This document shows positions 30,476 through 40,482 of a DNA stretch of 64,000 nucleotides, one piece after another. Origin of the DNA: an uncultured virus (IMG/VR IMGVR_UViG_3300020469_000013). Taxonomy: Duplodnaviria; Heunggongvirae; Uroviricota; Caudoviricetes; Kyanoviridae. Numbering within the stretch: the stretch's first letter is position 1; every line of letters begins with the position of its first letter. The stretch lies in the IMG/VR virus record IMGVR_UViG_3300020469_000013; one strand, 5' to 3'. Both the position numbers and the translations under genes were made by a program. The notes below the pieces were generated by a model that saw nothing but the letters and a program-made list of their open reading frames with translations, searched no databases and was not told the DNA's origin.

Positions 30476-32151
30476 TGGCAGGAAAAACGGAAGAGATTTA
30501 TCTAGGTAATCCCAATTTAAAAAAGGCGAATACTGAGATACAATTTACACAAGAACAAATAAAAGAATGGATCAAATGCAAAAGCGATCCTATCTATTTC
30601 ACAAAGAACTATGTAAAAATAGTTTCTTTGGATGAAGGTCTTGTGCCATTTAAAATGTGGGACTTCCAAGAGAAGTTAATCATGAACTTCCACGAGAAAA
30701 GATTTAATATATGCAAGATGCCTCGGCAGACTGGTAAGTCTACTACATGCGTTTCATATTTACTACATTATGCTGTATTCAATGATAGCGTAAACATTGG
30801 CATACTTGCTAACAAAGCAGCAACTGCCAGAGAACTACTTGGTAGATTGCAGACTGCATATGAGAATTTACCTAAATGGATGCAACAGGGTATCATATCT
30901 TGGAACAAAGGATCACTGGAGTTAGAAAATGGATCTAAAATACTTGCAGCATCTACCTCTGCCTCTGCAGTTCGAGGTATGTCTTTCAACATTCTATTTT
31001 TGGATGAGTTTGCCTTTGTTCCTAATCATATTGCTGACTCATTCTTCAGCTCAGTATATCCTACTATCACTTCTGGTAAAACAACCAAAGTCATAATGGT
31101 TTCTACTCCTCACGGAATGAACCATTTTTATAGGTATTGGCATAATGCAGAAAGAGGAAAGAATGAATATACTCCCACCGAAGTTCACTGGTCTGAAGTG
31201 CCAGGTAGAGATGCTGCATGGAAAGCACAAACCATATCAAACACATCAGAACAACAGTTTAAAGTTGAGTTTGAATGTGAGTTCTTAGGATCTGTTGATA
31301 CTCTTATAGGAGTAGCAAAATTAAGAACATTAGTTTTTGAAGATCCTATAAAAGACAATGGCAAAGGATTAGTTGTATACGAAAACCCTATAAAGGATCA
31401 TAATTATATTGTAACAGTTGACACTGCTAGAGGTATTGATCACGATTATTCTGCCTTTGTTGTGTTTGATATAACAAACTTTCCATATAAAACTGTAGCA
31501 AGATATAAGAACAATGAAATAAAACCTATGCTATTTCCTTCTATTATTGAAGATGTTCTTAAAGCATATAATTATGCTTATGCTTTGATAGAAGTAAATG
31601 ATATTGGAGAGCAAGTTGCAACTATACTTCAATATGATTTGGAATATGAAAATGTTCTTATGTGTTCTATGAGAGGTAGAGCAGGTCAGGTAGTAGGATC
31701 AGGATTCTCTGGTAAGAAAACTCAGATGGGTGTTAGAATGACAGCAGCAGTTAAGAAAACTGGATGCTCTAATTTAAAGGCACTGGTAGAAGAAGATAAA
31801 CTAGAAACAAAAGACTATGATATAATATCAGAGTTAACTACCTTCATTCAAAAGAAACAATCATGGGAGGCAGAAGAAGGTTGCCACGATGACTTAGCAA
31901 TGTGCTTAGTTATTTTTGCATGGTTGGTTGCTCAAGATTACTTCAGAGAAATGACGGACAATGATGTTCGTAAGAGAATCTATGAAGAACAAAAAGATCA
32001 GATTGAGCAAGACATGGCTCCATTTGGATTCATTAGTGACGGACTAACTGATGAAGGTGAGTTTGTAGATGACGATGGAACTAAGTGGACAGTAGACAAA
32101 GAGTTGTCATCGACATATGGTGACATGTCTTATATGTGGGATTATTATTAA
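30475..32151 (+). CDS. gp17: Terminase large subunit gp17
   Basis: YLGNPNLK, Walker A PRQTGKST, FLDEFAF, STPHGMNHFY, HDDLAM. Confidence 0.97.
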   Translation: MAGKTEEIYLGNPNLKKANTEIQFTQEQIKEWIKCKSDPIYFTKNYVKIVSLDEGLVPFKMWDFQEKLIMNFHEKRFNICKMPRQTGKSTTCVSYLLHYAVFNDSVNIGILANKAATARELLGRLQTAYENLPKWMQQGIISWNKGSLELENGSKILAASTSASAVRGMSFNILFLDEFAFVPNHIADSFFSSVYPTITSGKTTKVIMVSTPHGMNHFYRYWHNAERGKNEYTPTEVHWSEVPGRDAAWKAQTISNTSEQQFKVEFECEFLGSVDTLIGVAKLRTLVFEDPIKDNGKGLVVYENPIKDHNYIVTVDTARGIDHDYSAFVVFDITNFPYKTVARYKNNEIKPMLFPSIIEDVLKAYNYAYALIEVNDIGEQVATILQYDLEYENVLMCSMRGRAGQVVGSGFSGKKTQMGVRMTAAVKKTGCSNLKALVEEDKLETKDYDIISELTTFIQKKQSWEAEEGCHDDLAMCLVIFAWLVAQDYFREMTDNDVRKRIYEEQKDQIEQDMAPFGFISDGLTDEGEFVDDDGTKWTVDKELSSTYGDMSYMWDYY

Positions 32152-32258
32152 TGTTTAAGAATAGGAAATTAAAAAATTTATTACAAAAATCATTTCCAAA
32201 GAAGAAAATAACTATAATAGATAATAAGGACGGATCACAAACAATTTTAATATTATGA
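32151..32258 (+). CDS. 35-aa basic hypothetical peptide (MFKNRKLK...QTILIL)
   Basis: TAATG overlap upstream and ATGA overlap downstream. Confidence 0.5.
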   Translation: MFKNRKLKNLLQKSFPKKKITIIDNKDGSQTILIL

Positions 32259-32533
32259 ACGATTGGAGAGAATGGGGATTATTATCCTCTATGTTAATAG
32301 TGGCAGTCATGTGGGTACAAGTACCACAATGGGCAGATGACTGGGCAGTTTGTGCTGTAGATATACCTGACGCTCAGTGTCATTGGTATGTTATGTCACC
32401 CGACAATACATTTGGCGAAGGATTTGATTGGGAAGAAGCACCTTGGTTTGATGCCAATGGTCTTAATGATATAGCACCAATAGGAAAGACAACTGTAATG
32501 GAAAAACTACAGGAGCAAAATGAAAACGGTTAA
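32255..32533 (+). CDS. Hypothetical protein with N-terminal hydrophobic segment
   Basis: ORF track; QVPQWADDWAVCAVDIPD..CHWYV..PDNTFGEGFDWE. Confidence 0.65.
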   Translation: MNDWREWGLLSSMLIVAVMWVQVPQWADDWAVCAVDIPDAQCHWYVMSPDNTFGEGFDWEEAPWFDANGLNDIAPIGKTTVMEKLQEQNENG

Positions 32534-32678
32534 ATGGTCTGCTCAAGTACTATTAGAGAGTAATAGACTTAAGAAGGTGGAGTTTACATCACCATCTAAT
32601 TTAAGAGAAGATGCAGAACAAACTTGCAAAGCATTGTTTGGTGTATCTGATGTTCGTCAATTAACTAGGATTTGGTAA
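32520..32678 (+). CDS. Small hypothetical protein (52 aa, MKTVKWSAQVLL...VRQLTRIW)
   Basis: AGGAG upstream, TAATG overlap with next gene. Confidence 0.6.
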   Translation: MKTVKWSAQVLLESNRLKKVEFTSPSNLREDAEQTCKALFGVSDVRQLTRIW

Positions 32679-33118
32679 TGAGAGTTGTTATTGTTAGTGG
32701 TGGATTTGACCCTATTCACAGTGGACATATTAATCATTTTATAGAAGCAAGGAAATTGGGAGATATTCTTATTGTAGGATTAAACTCTGATGAATGGCTA
32801 ACTAGAAAGAAAGGTAAACCATTCCTTCCTATAGATGAAAGATTGGCAGTTGTCAAATCAATGAGAATGGTAGATAGTGCTGTAGCATTTAATGATGATG
32901 ATAACAGTTCTATATCTCTTATCAGACAAGCATTAGTATTATTTGATGATGTACTGTTTGCTAATGGTGGAGATAGGACACAGGATAACATACCTGAGAT
33001 AGATGCATTTGATAAAGATCCTAGGGTGCAATTTGCATTTGGGGTTGGTGGTACACACAAACAAAACTCTAGTAGTTGGATCTTAAAAGAATGGACTTCA
33101 CAGAAGAATTTGATCTAG
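32678..33118 (+). CDS. Cytidylyltransferase-like nucleotidyltransferase
   Basis: SGGFDPIHSGH (HIGH-type), VGLNSD, FANGGDR, NSSSWIL. Confidence 0.88.
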   Translation: MRVVIVSGGFDPIHSGHINHFIEARKLGDILIVGLNSDEWLTRKKGKPFLPIDERLAVVKSMRMVDSAVAFNDDDNSSISLIRQALVLFDDVLFANGGDRTQDNIPEIDAFDKDPRVQFAFGVGGTHKQNSSSWILKEWTSQKNLI

Positions 33119-33315
33119 GTCATCTAGTACTCCAAGAACGAAAGTGTAGGACTTGTAAAAAAATAAAAGATTTACTAACTGAATATTATAAGACCCATAA
33201 AGATAGAGGAAGTGTGGCATCCTCTTACTCATATGAATGTAAAGAATGCACAAAGATAAGAATAAAATTAAAAAGAAAGAAAGATATCCCTAATTGGATT
33301 TACCCTGACTGGTAA
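33091..33315 (+). CDS. Small zinc-ribbon protein (CxxC...CxxC)
   Basis: ERKCRTC and SYECKEC; ends YPDW; upstream of gp18. Confidence 0.7.
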   Translation: MDFTEEFDLGHLVLQERKCRTCKKIKDLLTEYYKTHKDRGSVASSYSYECKECTKIRIKLKRKKDIPNWIYPDW

Positions 33316-33353
33316 TGTTCACCCAGTGTTTCCCCGATGAAAACACCCTAAAC

Positions 33354-33361
33354 AATAAATA
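33354..33361 (+). promoter_or_regulatory. Late promoter AATAAATA for gp18
   Basis: One mismatch to TATAAATA, 35 nt upstream of start; GAGGAG SD follows. Confidence 0.7.
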
Positions 33362-33396
33362 ATTACAGGAATTTAGAATTCACCGAGGAGAAAAAG

Positions 33397-35778
33397 ATGC
33401 CCCTGAATTTAGCATCTCCAGGAATAATTGTTAAAGAAGTTGACCTAACCAATGGTAGAGTAGATCCTACATCTACAAAGTCTGGTGGTTTAGTTGCTCC
33501 TTTTGCAAAAGGACCTGTAGAAAAACCAACCCTTGTAGAAACAGAAGCGGATCTTCTCGATACCTTCGGTTCACCATATAGGGATAGCAATCACTACGAA
33601 TACTGGTTGACTGCCTCATCATATCTTGCATATGGTGGTGTACTACAGGTTGTTCGTTCAAATGAATCTGGTTTGAAGAATGCCTTTGTTGGTAGTGCTT
33701 CAAGCGTAGTCATTAAAAGTGGCGACGATTACATAACTAAAGGATATGCAGAGAACAACATTTCTAATGTTGTGTTTGCTGCTAAGAATCCTGGTTCATG
33801 GGGTAACGGTCTTAAAGTAGGAATGATAGATGGTCTTGCTGATCAAATACTAACTGGTATTGCTACTGTCTCTGTTTTAGGTTTTTCATCAACTGCTAAT
33901 GGTGGTCTTGCTGCTGTCGCTGGATACGAAGACGGTTTAAGTCCAATAGATCTTACAGTTGGTCTCGGTGTAACACAATCAATCCCTGCTAATACTGTAA
34001 TAGCAGGTGCTGGTTCAACATCAGTTCTCGATGGATACCTTAAAGGGGTAATCACTGAAGTTGGAACAGGTCAAGTCTCAGTTAAAGTAGTATCTCATGT
34101 TAGTGCTGCTGGTACTGAAACTTCAGTAGACTACACACCTGGTGGAGTTTACGCATTTTCAGAAACAGGTAATGCAAGTGGTGGTATTCACCTTCATGTT
34201 CAATCTGCTATCGGTAGTGGCAAACATGGTTGGGTAGCAAGTACAGTTTCATACGGATCTAGTTTTGGTACTGCTAACTTCTTAAGTGCTTTAACAGGTG
34301 CTGGTGTAACTGTTGGTGATAATCGTTACCTTGCTGCACAAGAATTTGCTCCTGGTACTTTAGATTATACTGGAGAAAAAGATTGGTTTGATAACCAATG
34401 GATAACATTAAAAGATGGGGAGAAAATTTACTGGAACAACTTAGCTGAAAGACCAGGAACTTCTAACTATGCAAAAGATAGAAACTCTAAGAACGATGAA
34501 GTTCATGTAGTTGTCTATGACGACTCAGGTAAGATTACTGGTAATGCAGGTACTCTTCTCGACAAGTTTACTACTACCTCTAAAGCAAAAGATGCCATCT
34601 ACTCAGTAGGTAATGCACAATACTATAGAAAGGTTATTGAAATAGGTAGTCCAAATATATTTGCTGGTGGTGCTCCATCAGGAGTTATTACAACTGACCT
34701 TGATGCAGATTTCAATCCTGTATCTGATGTAGCATGGGATCAGGATACTGAAAATATATCCTTCGCTGCTATTGGAAATTATGTCGCAACTCTTTCAGGT
34801 GGTAAAGATTACGGTGGAAAGACTGGAATCAACAGTACAGGTGCTCTTAGCGTAACAGTTGGAGATCTTTCTACAGGATATGATCTTCTAGCAAATAAAG
34901 ATGCTTACCCATTAGATTTCCTTATCATGGGATCTGGTGCTCATGGCAAAGAAGAAACTCAAGCACTTGCTAATAAGTTAATTGCTGTTGCCGAAGTTAG
35001 AAAGGATTGCGTAGCATGCATCTCACCTCATAGACAAGCATTCTTAGCTTCGTCTGGAGATGGAGAAGATTTGACACTTAAGTCAGATACGGTTACATCT
35101 GCAATTATCAGTTTCTATTCAGCAATTACATCATCTTCTTATGCCATATTTGATAGTGGTTACAAGTACATGTATGATCGCTTTAGTAAGCAATTCCGAT
35201 ATGTACCTCTAAACGGTGACATTGCAGGACTATGTGCTAGAAATGATATTAACAACTTCCCTTGGTTCTCACCAGGCGGAACACAAAGAGGATCAATCCT
35301 CAATGCTGTTAAGTTAGCATACAATCCAAGTCAAGTTGAAAGAGACAAACTTTACTCTTCTAGAGTAAACCCAGTCATCTTCTCACCTGGTGCTGGTATC
35401 ATCCTATTCGGTGATAAAACAGGTCTTGGTAGAGCATCAGCATTCGATAGAATTAATGTTCGTCGTCTGTTTATCTTCTTAGAAAAAGCAATCGCTGCTG
35501 CTGCAAAAGATCAACTATTTGAATTCAACGATGAGATCACAAGGATCAACTTCATCAATATCGTTGAACCTTTCTTAAGAGATGTACAATCCAAGAGAGG
35601 TATTACAGACTTCATCCTAGTTTGTGATGAAACAAATAACACTGCTGCAATCATTGACAGTAACGAATTCGTTGCTGACATTTATGTGAAACCAGCAAGA
35701 TCTATCAACTTCATCGGTCTTACATTCGTTGCTACACGAACAGGTGTTAGCTTTGAAGAAGTTATTGGTCGAGTTTGA
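33397..35778 (+). CDS. gp18: Tail sheath protein gp18
   Basis: LASPGIIVKEVDLT, PWFSPGG..RG, FDRINVRRLF, KPARSINFI. Confidence 0.96.
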   Translation: MPLNLASPGIIVKEVDLTNGRVDPTSTKSGGLVAPFAKGPVEKPTLVETEADLLDTFGSPYRDSNHYEYWLTASSYLAYGGVLQVVRSNESGLKNAFVGSASSVVIKSGDDYITKGYAENNISNVVFAAKNPGSWGNGLKVGMIDGLADQILTGIATVSVLGFSSTANGGLAAVAGYEDGLSPIDLTVGLGVTQSIPANTVIAGAGSTSVLDGYLKGVITEVGTGQVSVKVVSHVSAAGTETSVDYTPGGVYAFSETGNASGGIHLHVQSAIGSGKHGWVASTVSYGSSFGTANFLSALTGAGVTVGDNRYLAAQEFAPGTLDYTGEKDWFDNQWITLKDGEKIYWNNLAERPGTSNYAKDRNSKNDEVHVVVYDDSGKITGNAGTLLDKFTTTSKAKDAIYSVGNAQYYRKVIEIGSPNIFAGGAPSGVITTDLDADFNPVSDVAWDQDTENISFAAIGNYVATLSGGKDYGGKTGINSTGALSVTVGDLSTGYDLLANKDAYPLDFLIMGSGAHGKEETQALANKLIAVAEVRKDCVACISPHRQAFLASSGDGEDLTLKSDTVTSAIISFYSAITSSSYAIFDSGYKYMYDRFSKQFRYVPLNGDIAGLCARNDINNFPWFSPGGTQRGSILNAVKLAYNPSQVERDKLYSSRVNPVIFSPGAGIILFGDKTGLGRASAFDRINVRRLFIFLEKAIAAAAKDQLFEFNDEITRINFINIVEPFLRDVQSKRGITDFILVCDETNNTAAIIDSNEFVADIYVKPARSINFIGLTFVATRTGVSFEEVIGRV

Positions 35779-35813
35779 TCTAACTTTATTAAAATCCCAG
35801 AGGTAAACATTCA

Positions 35814-36434
35814 ATGGCCATTAACAACCAAAACCCACCAAAGACCGCCGATAGGACAATTGACAAGTTTAAGTCAAGGTTGTCAGGTGGTATCGCAAGA
35901 CCTAACCTGTTTGAGGTTGTTCTTGCATTCCCAGATGGAGTAGTTGATGCTAGTGTCAACGATCTAGATTCAAAAGCTAGATTCTTAGTTAAGTCTGCTG
36001 CACTTCCAGCATCTAACATTGCTCCAATCGTCGTACCTTTCAGAGGTAGACAGTTAAAAATTGCAGGTGACAGAACATTCGATGAATGGCAGATCACTGT
36101 AATTAACGATTCAGATTTTGCTCTTCGTTCTTCTTTCGAGAGATGGATGAACTCAATGGCAAAAGTCTCAGATACATCTGGTAATACTAACCCAGAAGAT
36201 TATACTAGAGATGCTTATGTCTATCAGTTAGGTAGATCTGCTGTTACTCCAAACTCACAGGAGTCTGCACAGAACATGCCTATTCTTAGAACATATAAAT
36301 TCTATAGTGTGTTCCCAACACAGGTATCTCAGTTGGATCTTTCATACGATAACTCGGATGCTGTTGAGGAATTTACAGTTAATCTCCAAGTACAGTGGTG
36401 GGAAGCTGCTGGAAATGGTGGAGATGTGGCCTGA
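35814..36434 (+). CDS. gp19: Tail tube protein gp19
   Basis: GG.ARPNLFEV, FRGRQLKIAGDRTF..W.ITVIND. Confidence 0.95.
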   Translation: MAINNQNPPKTADRTIDKFKSRLSGGIARPNLFEVVLAFPDGVVDASVNDLDSKARFLVKSAALPASNIAPIVVPFRGRQLKIAGDRTFDEWQITVINDSDFALRSSFERWMNSMAKVSDTSGNTNPEDYTRDAYVYQLGRSAVTPNSQESAQNMPILRTYKFYSVFPTQVSQLDLSYDNSDAVEEFTVNLQVQWWEAAGNGGDVA

Positions 36435-36440
36435 TAAATA
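36433..36440 (+). promoter_or_regulatory. Late promoter GATAAATA for gp20
   Basis: ATAAATA core 26 nt upstream of start. Confidence 0.65.
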
Positions 36441-36466
36441 AGAATATAAGTTAGTAAAAACTAGTA

Positions 36467-38170
36467 ATGGCGAAACTATTTGGTTTCTCAATTGAGGATA
36501 AAGACGAACAGAACGCCAAGGGTATAGTCAGCCCCATTCCACCGACAGGTGAGGCTGGGGTTGATTATTTTGTTCAAGGTGGTTTTTCTAGTCAGGTTGT
36601 AGATCTTGAGGGAATCTATAAGACAGAGCATGAACTTATAAGAAAGTATCGTGAGATGGCATTACACCCAGAGGTGGATAATGCGGTAGAAGATGTTGTG
36701 AACGAAGCAATAGTATCTGATACAAATGATTCTCCTGTAGAAATAGATCTAGAGAATCTAAATGCAAGCGATGGCATTAAAAATATCATCCGCAAAGAAT
36801 TTAAACATATTAAAGATCTTCTTGACTTCGACACAAAGAGTCATGAAATTTTTAGAAACTGGTATGTTGATGGAAGATTATATTACAATAAAGTAATAGA
36901 CATAAAAAATCCTACTGAAGGTTTACAGGAATTACGATATATCGATCCTCTTAAGATGCGTTATATTCGTAAGGAAAAGAAAAAGAATGATAAGAGTGAC
37001 TTGTTTAACATGCAGAATGTGCATGAGAATGACAAAGTATACTTTCCAGAAATAGAAGAGTATTTTCTATACACACCAAAAGCACAGTATCCAACTAACA
37101 TTGGTGTAGCAGGTGCTGGATCTGCATTGAAAGGAGTTAAACTTGCAAAGGATTCCGTAGCATATTGTACTGCTGGATTAGTAGATAGAAATAAAGGAAC
37201 TGGATTATCCTATCTTCATAAGGCAATCAAAGCACTCAATCAACTTAGAATGATTGAAGACTCTCTTGTAATCTATAGATTGAGTCGTGCTCCAGAAAGA
37301 AGAATATTTTATATTGATGTTGGTAATCTACCTAAAGTAAAAGCGGAACAATATCTCCGTGAAGTTATGATGCGTTATCGTAACAAGTTAGTATATGATT
37401 CTAATAGTGGTGAGATAAGAGACGACAAGAGAATGATGAGTATGCTAGAAGATTTCTGGTTGCCTCGTCGTGAAGGTGGTAGAGGAACTGAGATTACTAC
37501 ATTACCTGGTGGACAAAACTTAGGTGAACTAGCAGACATAGAATACTTCCAGAAGAAACTGTATAGATCATTAGCAATTCCTGAGTCTAGAATTGCTGGT
37601 TCTGGAGATGGATTTAATCTAGGTAGATCATCAGAGATAGCGAGAGACGAACTTAAGTTTAGTAAGTTTGTTGGTAGATTGCGTAAGCGTTTTAGTAACT
37701 TATTATTAGATCTACTAAGAACTCAACTACTTCTAAAAAATATTGTTACTCCTTCAGATTGGGAAGTAATGAATGAGCATATACAGTTTGACTTCTTATA
37801 TGACAATCATTTTGCGGAACTTAAAGATAAGGAATTATTAGAAGGTCGTTTAGGACTTCTAGGAATGATCGAACCTTATGCTGGTCGTTACTATTCTACA
37901 GAGTATATTAGAAGACAAGTACTCCGTCAAAGAGATCAAGAGATCGTAGAAATAGATGAGCAAATAGAAGAAGAAATTGCTAAGGGTGTCTTACCTGATC
38001 CCAATCAGCAGATGATGGAATTTGAACAACAAGCTGCTATGGGTATGGAACCTGGTGCTGAAGGTGGTGCGGAACAAGGTTTCGGTCCTGGCATGCCAGG
38101 TACACCAGAGCAACCACCTGGAATACAAACACCTGCAAAATTACCTAAATCTGGAGAAGGGGAAATATAA
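36467..38170 (+). CDS. gp20: Portal protein gp20
   Basis: WYVDGR, IYRLSRAPERRIFYIDVGNLPK, EDFWLPRREGGRGTEI. Confidence 0.97.
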   Translation: MAKLFGFSIEDKDEQNAKGIVSPIPPTGEAGVDYFVQGGFSSQVVDLEGIYKTEHELIRKYREMALHPEVDNAVEDVVNEAIVSDTNDSPVEIDLENLNASDGIKNIIRKEFKHIKDLLDFDTKSHEIFRNWYVDGRLYYNKVIDIKNPTEGLQELRYIDPLKMRYIRKEKKKNDKSDLFNMQNVHENDKVYFPEIEEYFLYTPKAQYPTNIGVAGAGSALKGVKLAKDSVAYCTAGLVDRNKGTGLSYLHKAIKALNQLRMIEDSLVIYRLSRAPERRIFYIDVGNLPKVKAEQYLREVMMRYRNKLVYDSNSGEIRDDKRMMSMLEDFWLPRREGGRGTEITTLPGGQNLGELADIEYFQKKLYRSLAIPESRIAGSGDGFNLGRSSEIARDELKFSKFVGRLRKRFSNLLLDLLRTQLLLKNIVTPSDWEVMNEHIQFDFLYDNHFAELKDKELLEGRLGLLGMIEPYAGRYYSTEYIRRQVLRQRDQEIVEIDEQIEEEIAKGVLPDPNQQMMEFEQQAAMGMEPGAEGGAEQGFGPGMPGTPEQPPGIQTPAKLPKSGEGEI

Positions 38171-38175
38171 ACACT

Positions 38176-38183
38176 AATAAATA
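38176..38183 (+). promoter_or_regulatory. Late promoter AATAAATA
   Basis: ATAAATA core in gap after gp20. Confidence 0.6.
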
Positions 38184-38207
38184 AGTTTATAACTCTAATG
38201 TTTTATT

Positions 38208-38408
38208 ATGGAAGAACTAGTCAATATGATAGCTTCGGGTAATTCCGCAGCAGATATTAGCGACCAGATCAAAGACCTTTTATATGCAAAAGCCGCTGGT
38301 AAAGTAGACGATACTCGTCCTGCTGCAGCAGCTAGTCTTTTCGGAAGCGTTGAAAGTGGAGAGTCCCCTGAAGTAGCAACAGCAGAAGAGGAACCTAATG
38401 TCGAATAG
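38208..38408 (+). CDS. Small acidic prohead core-like protein
   Basis: Position between gp20 and gp21 (gp67/68 slot in T4). Confidence 0.6.
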   Translation: MEELVNMIASGNSAADISDQIKDLLYAKAAGKVDDTRPAAAASLFGSVESGESPEVATAEEEPNVE

Positions 38409-38673
38409 ACTATTACTACTCGGTTCAGACGAGATAAGTGTACCAGTTACAGCTGGTACAGGGGTAAGCTTTACCCAAGCAACTTGTGTTCGTCTTTACA
38501 ATGCTAATGCTGCAGACAGAGTAATCACCGTTCAAGAAACTAGAGGCGGTACTGGAGTGGGATCATTCACACTCAAAGCAGGTACTGACGCAATTCTTGA
38601 GAAGAAACCAGCATTCACAGTATTTGCTAGTGGTGCTGATGTTAAAGGTGTAAAAGTAGGATTTACTAATTAA
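38398..38673 (+). CDS. Hypothetical virion protein
   Basis: GAGG SD; ATCVRL.N...EK...KVGFT pattern. Confidence 0.65.
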   Translation: MSNRLLLLGSDEISVPVTAGTGVSFTQATCVRLYNANAADRVITVQETRGGTGVGSFTLKAGTDAILEKKPAFTVFASGADVKGVKVGFTN

Positions 38674-38677
38674 CCCC

Positions 38678-39328
38678 ATGAAACTCATTACAGAAGAACT
38701 AGAAAATGTAGAAATTATCGTCGAAGAGCGAGGCGGTAAAAAATCTATGTTTATTGAGGGTATCTTCCTTCAAGGTGACTTGAAGAATCGTAATGGACGC
38801 ATGTATCCAATGGACACTCTTCGCAGAGAAGTCGGTAGATATAATGAAAGTTTCATAGCTGGTGGTCGTGCTCTTGGCGAATTGGGTCATCCCGAAGGTC
38901 CAACAGTAAATCTAGATAGGGTCTCACATAAAATAACTTCTCTTAGAGAAAACGGTTCCAACTTTATTGGCAAGGCGAAAATCCTTGATACACCAATGGG
39001 AAGGATTGCTAAGAATCTAATCGATGAGGGTGTCAAACTAGGAGTTTCATCTCGTGGTCTTGGTACACTTACTACTAATAACGAAGGTGTAAAAATTGTC
39101 TCTGATGATTTCCATCTTGCAACTGCTGCTGATATCGTAGCTGATCCATCCGCACCTGATGCCTTTGTACAAGGTATTATGGAAGGAAAGGATTGGGTAT
39201 GGGACGGTGGTATAGTAAGAGAAAGGTTTGCAGCTAAGACATATAAAGCGGTCAATACTATGGTTGACCAAAAACAACTGGAGGAGAATAAGCTAGGATT
39301 GTTCCAAAACTTCCTATCAAATCTCTAA
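38678..39328 (+). CDS. gp21: Prohead protease gp21
   Basis: NRNGRMY, ALGELGHP, GVSSRG.G, DIVADPSAPDA. Confidence 0.95.
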   Translation: MKLITEELENVEIIVEERGGKKSMFIEGIFLQGDLKNRNGRMYPMDTLRREVGRYNESFIAGGRALGELGHPEGPTVNLDRVSHKITSLRENGSNFIGKAKILDTPMGRIAKNLIDEGVKLGVSSRGLGTLTTNNEGVKIVSDDFHLATAADIVADPSAPDAFVQGIMEGKDWVWDGGIVRERFAAKTYKAVNTMVDQKQLEENKLGLFQNFLSNL

Positions 39329-39333
39329 CATTT

Positions 39334-39341
39334 TATAAATA
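39334..39341 (+). promoter_or_regulatory. T4-type late promoter TATAAATA for gp22/gp23
   Basis: Exact consensus. Confidence 0.85.
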
Positions 39342-39380
39342 AACATAGATTATATCAAGATCTAATCGGAGAGTTCACAA

Positions 39381-40451
39381 ATGTCCGCTAAGGAATTACA
39401 AGAAATGGAAAATCCTGTAACAAGGGGTGCGAAGGCTGGCGACGGTATGAAGAAAGTTGATGACTCAACTTCTCCAGGAGCATCTGCATCTTATGAAGAT
39501 CTAGGAGGACCTACTCCTGAGAATTATAAGTCAGATAACGACTCAGCCAAGCTTAAAGAACCCAAAATCAAAACGGTATCTGATATCGTAAACAAAGGTG
39601 CTGGTAAAGCAGACTCAATGCAGTCTATCGGCACAGAAGTTCTTAAGCAAGGTGACGAGCCAGCTAAAGAAGATTCAGCAGAAGTAGTTGCTGAAGCACC
39701 ATCCGAAGAGGAGACTACTCCAACTGTGGATGTCGAAGAAGATCTTGCTGCTCTATTTGGTGGCGAAGAGCTATCAGAAGAGTTTCAAGCAAAAGCTAAA
39801 ACAATTTTTGAAGCAGCAGTAACTGAAAAGGTTAATGCTGTTAAAGAAGAGATGACAGCTGAGTTTGAAAAAACAATGTCTGAACAACTTGAGTCTACTA
39901 AGACAGACTTGATCGAAAGAACAGATGCTTATTTGGAGTATGTCTCCTCTGAGTGGATGTCTGAGAACAAGATTGAAGTAGAGCATGGACTCAAAACTGA
40001 AATGACAGAATCATTCCTTAATGGAATGAAGAGTCTTTTTGAAGATCATTATGTATCAATCCCTGACGACAAATATGATGTATTGGAGAGTATGGTCTCC
40101 AAATTAGATGAAATGGAATCCAGACTTAACGAACAGATCGAAACAAACATTTCTCTCAACAAACGCCTAGGTGAATCTACAGCAGATGGAATTTTCCGTG
40201 AAGTAGCCGAAGGACTTGCTGAAACACAAAAAGAAAAGTTAGGATCGTTATCTGAAGGTGTTGAGTTTGAGAGTGAAAACGCATACCGTGAGAAACTAGT
40301 TACACTTAGAGAATCTTATTTCCCTAGTGAAACCAAAAGTTCTACCAATAAAGTCGAAACTCTCTCAGAGGGTGTGACTGCCGAGGGTGCTGGATCAGCA
40401 ACTTCTGATTCTATGAGCAACTATCTTAAAGCCCTTGGAATGGCAAAATAA
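39381..40451 (+). CDS. gp22: Prohead scaffold/core protein gp22
   Basis: Acidic coiled coil, LSEEF..KA.TIFEAA, between gp21 and gp23. Confidence 0.9.
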   Translation: MSAKELQEMENPVTRGAKAGDGMKKVDDSTSPGASASYEDLGGPTPENYKSDNDSAKLKEPKIKTVSDIVNKGAGKADSMQSIGTEVLKQGDEPAKEDSAEVVAEAPSEEETTPTVDVEEDLAALFGGEELSEEFQAKAKTIFEAAVTEKVNAVKEEMTAEFEKTMSEQLESTKTDLIERTDAYLEYVSSEWMSENKIEVEHGLKTEMTESFLNGMKSLFEDHYVSIPDDKYDVLESMVSKLDEMESRLNEQIETNISLNKRLGESTADGIFREVAEGLAETQKEKLGSLSEGVEFESENAYREKLVTLRESYFPSETKSSTNKVETLSEGVTAEGAGSATSDSMSNYLKALGMAK

Positions 40452-40482
40452 CTCGCAAATTTAAACACTATCCCCCCGTACA

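Noticed and set aside
33326..33346. GTGTTTCCCCG...AAACAC resembling the start of a type I-E CRISPR repeat
   Set aside because: Single copy, no spacers or cas genes; at most a small hairpin before the gp18 promoter
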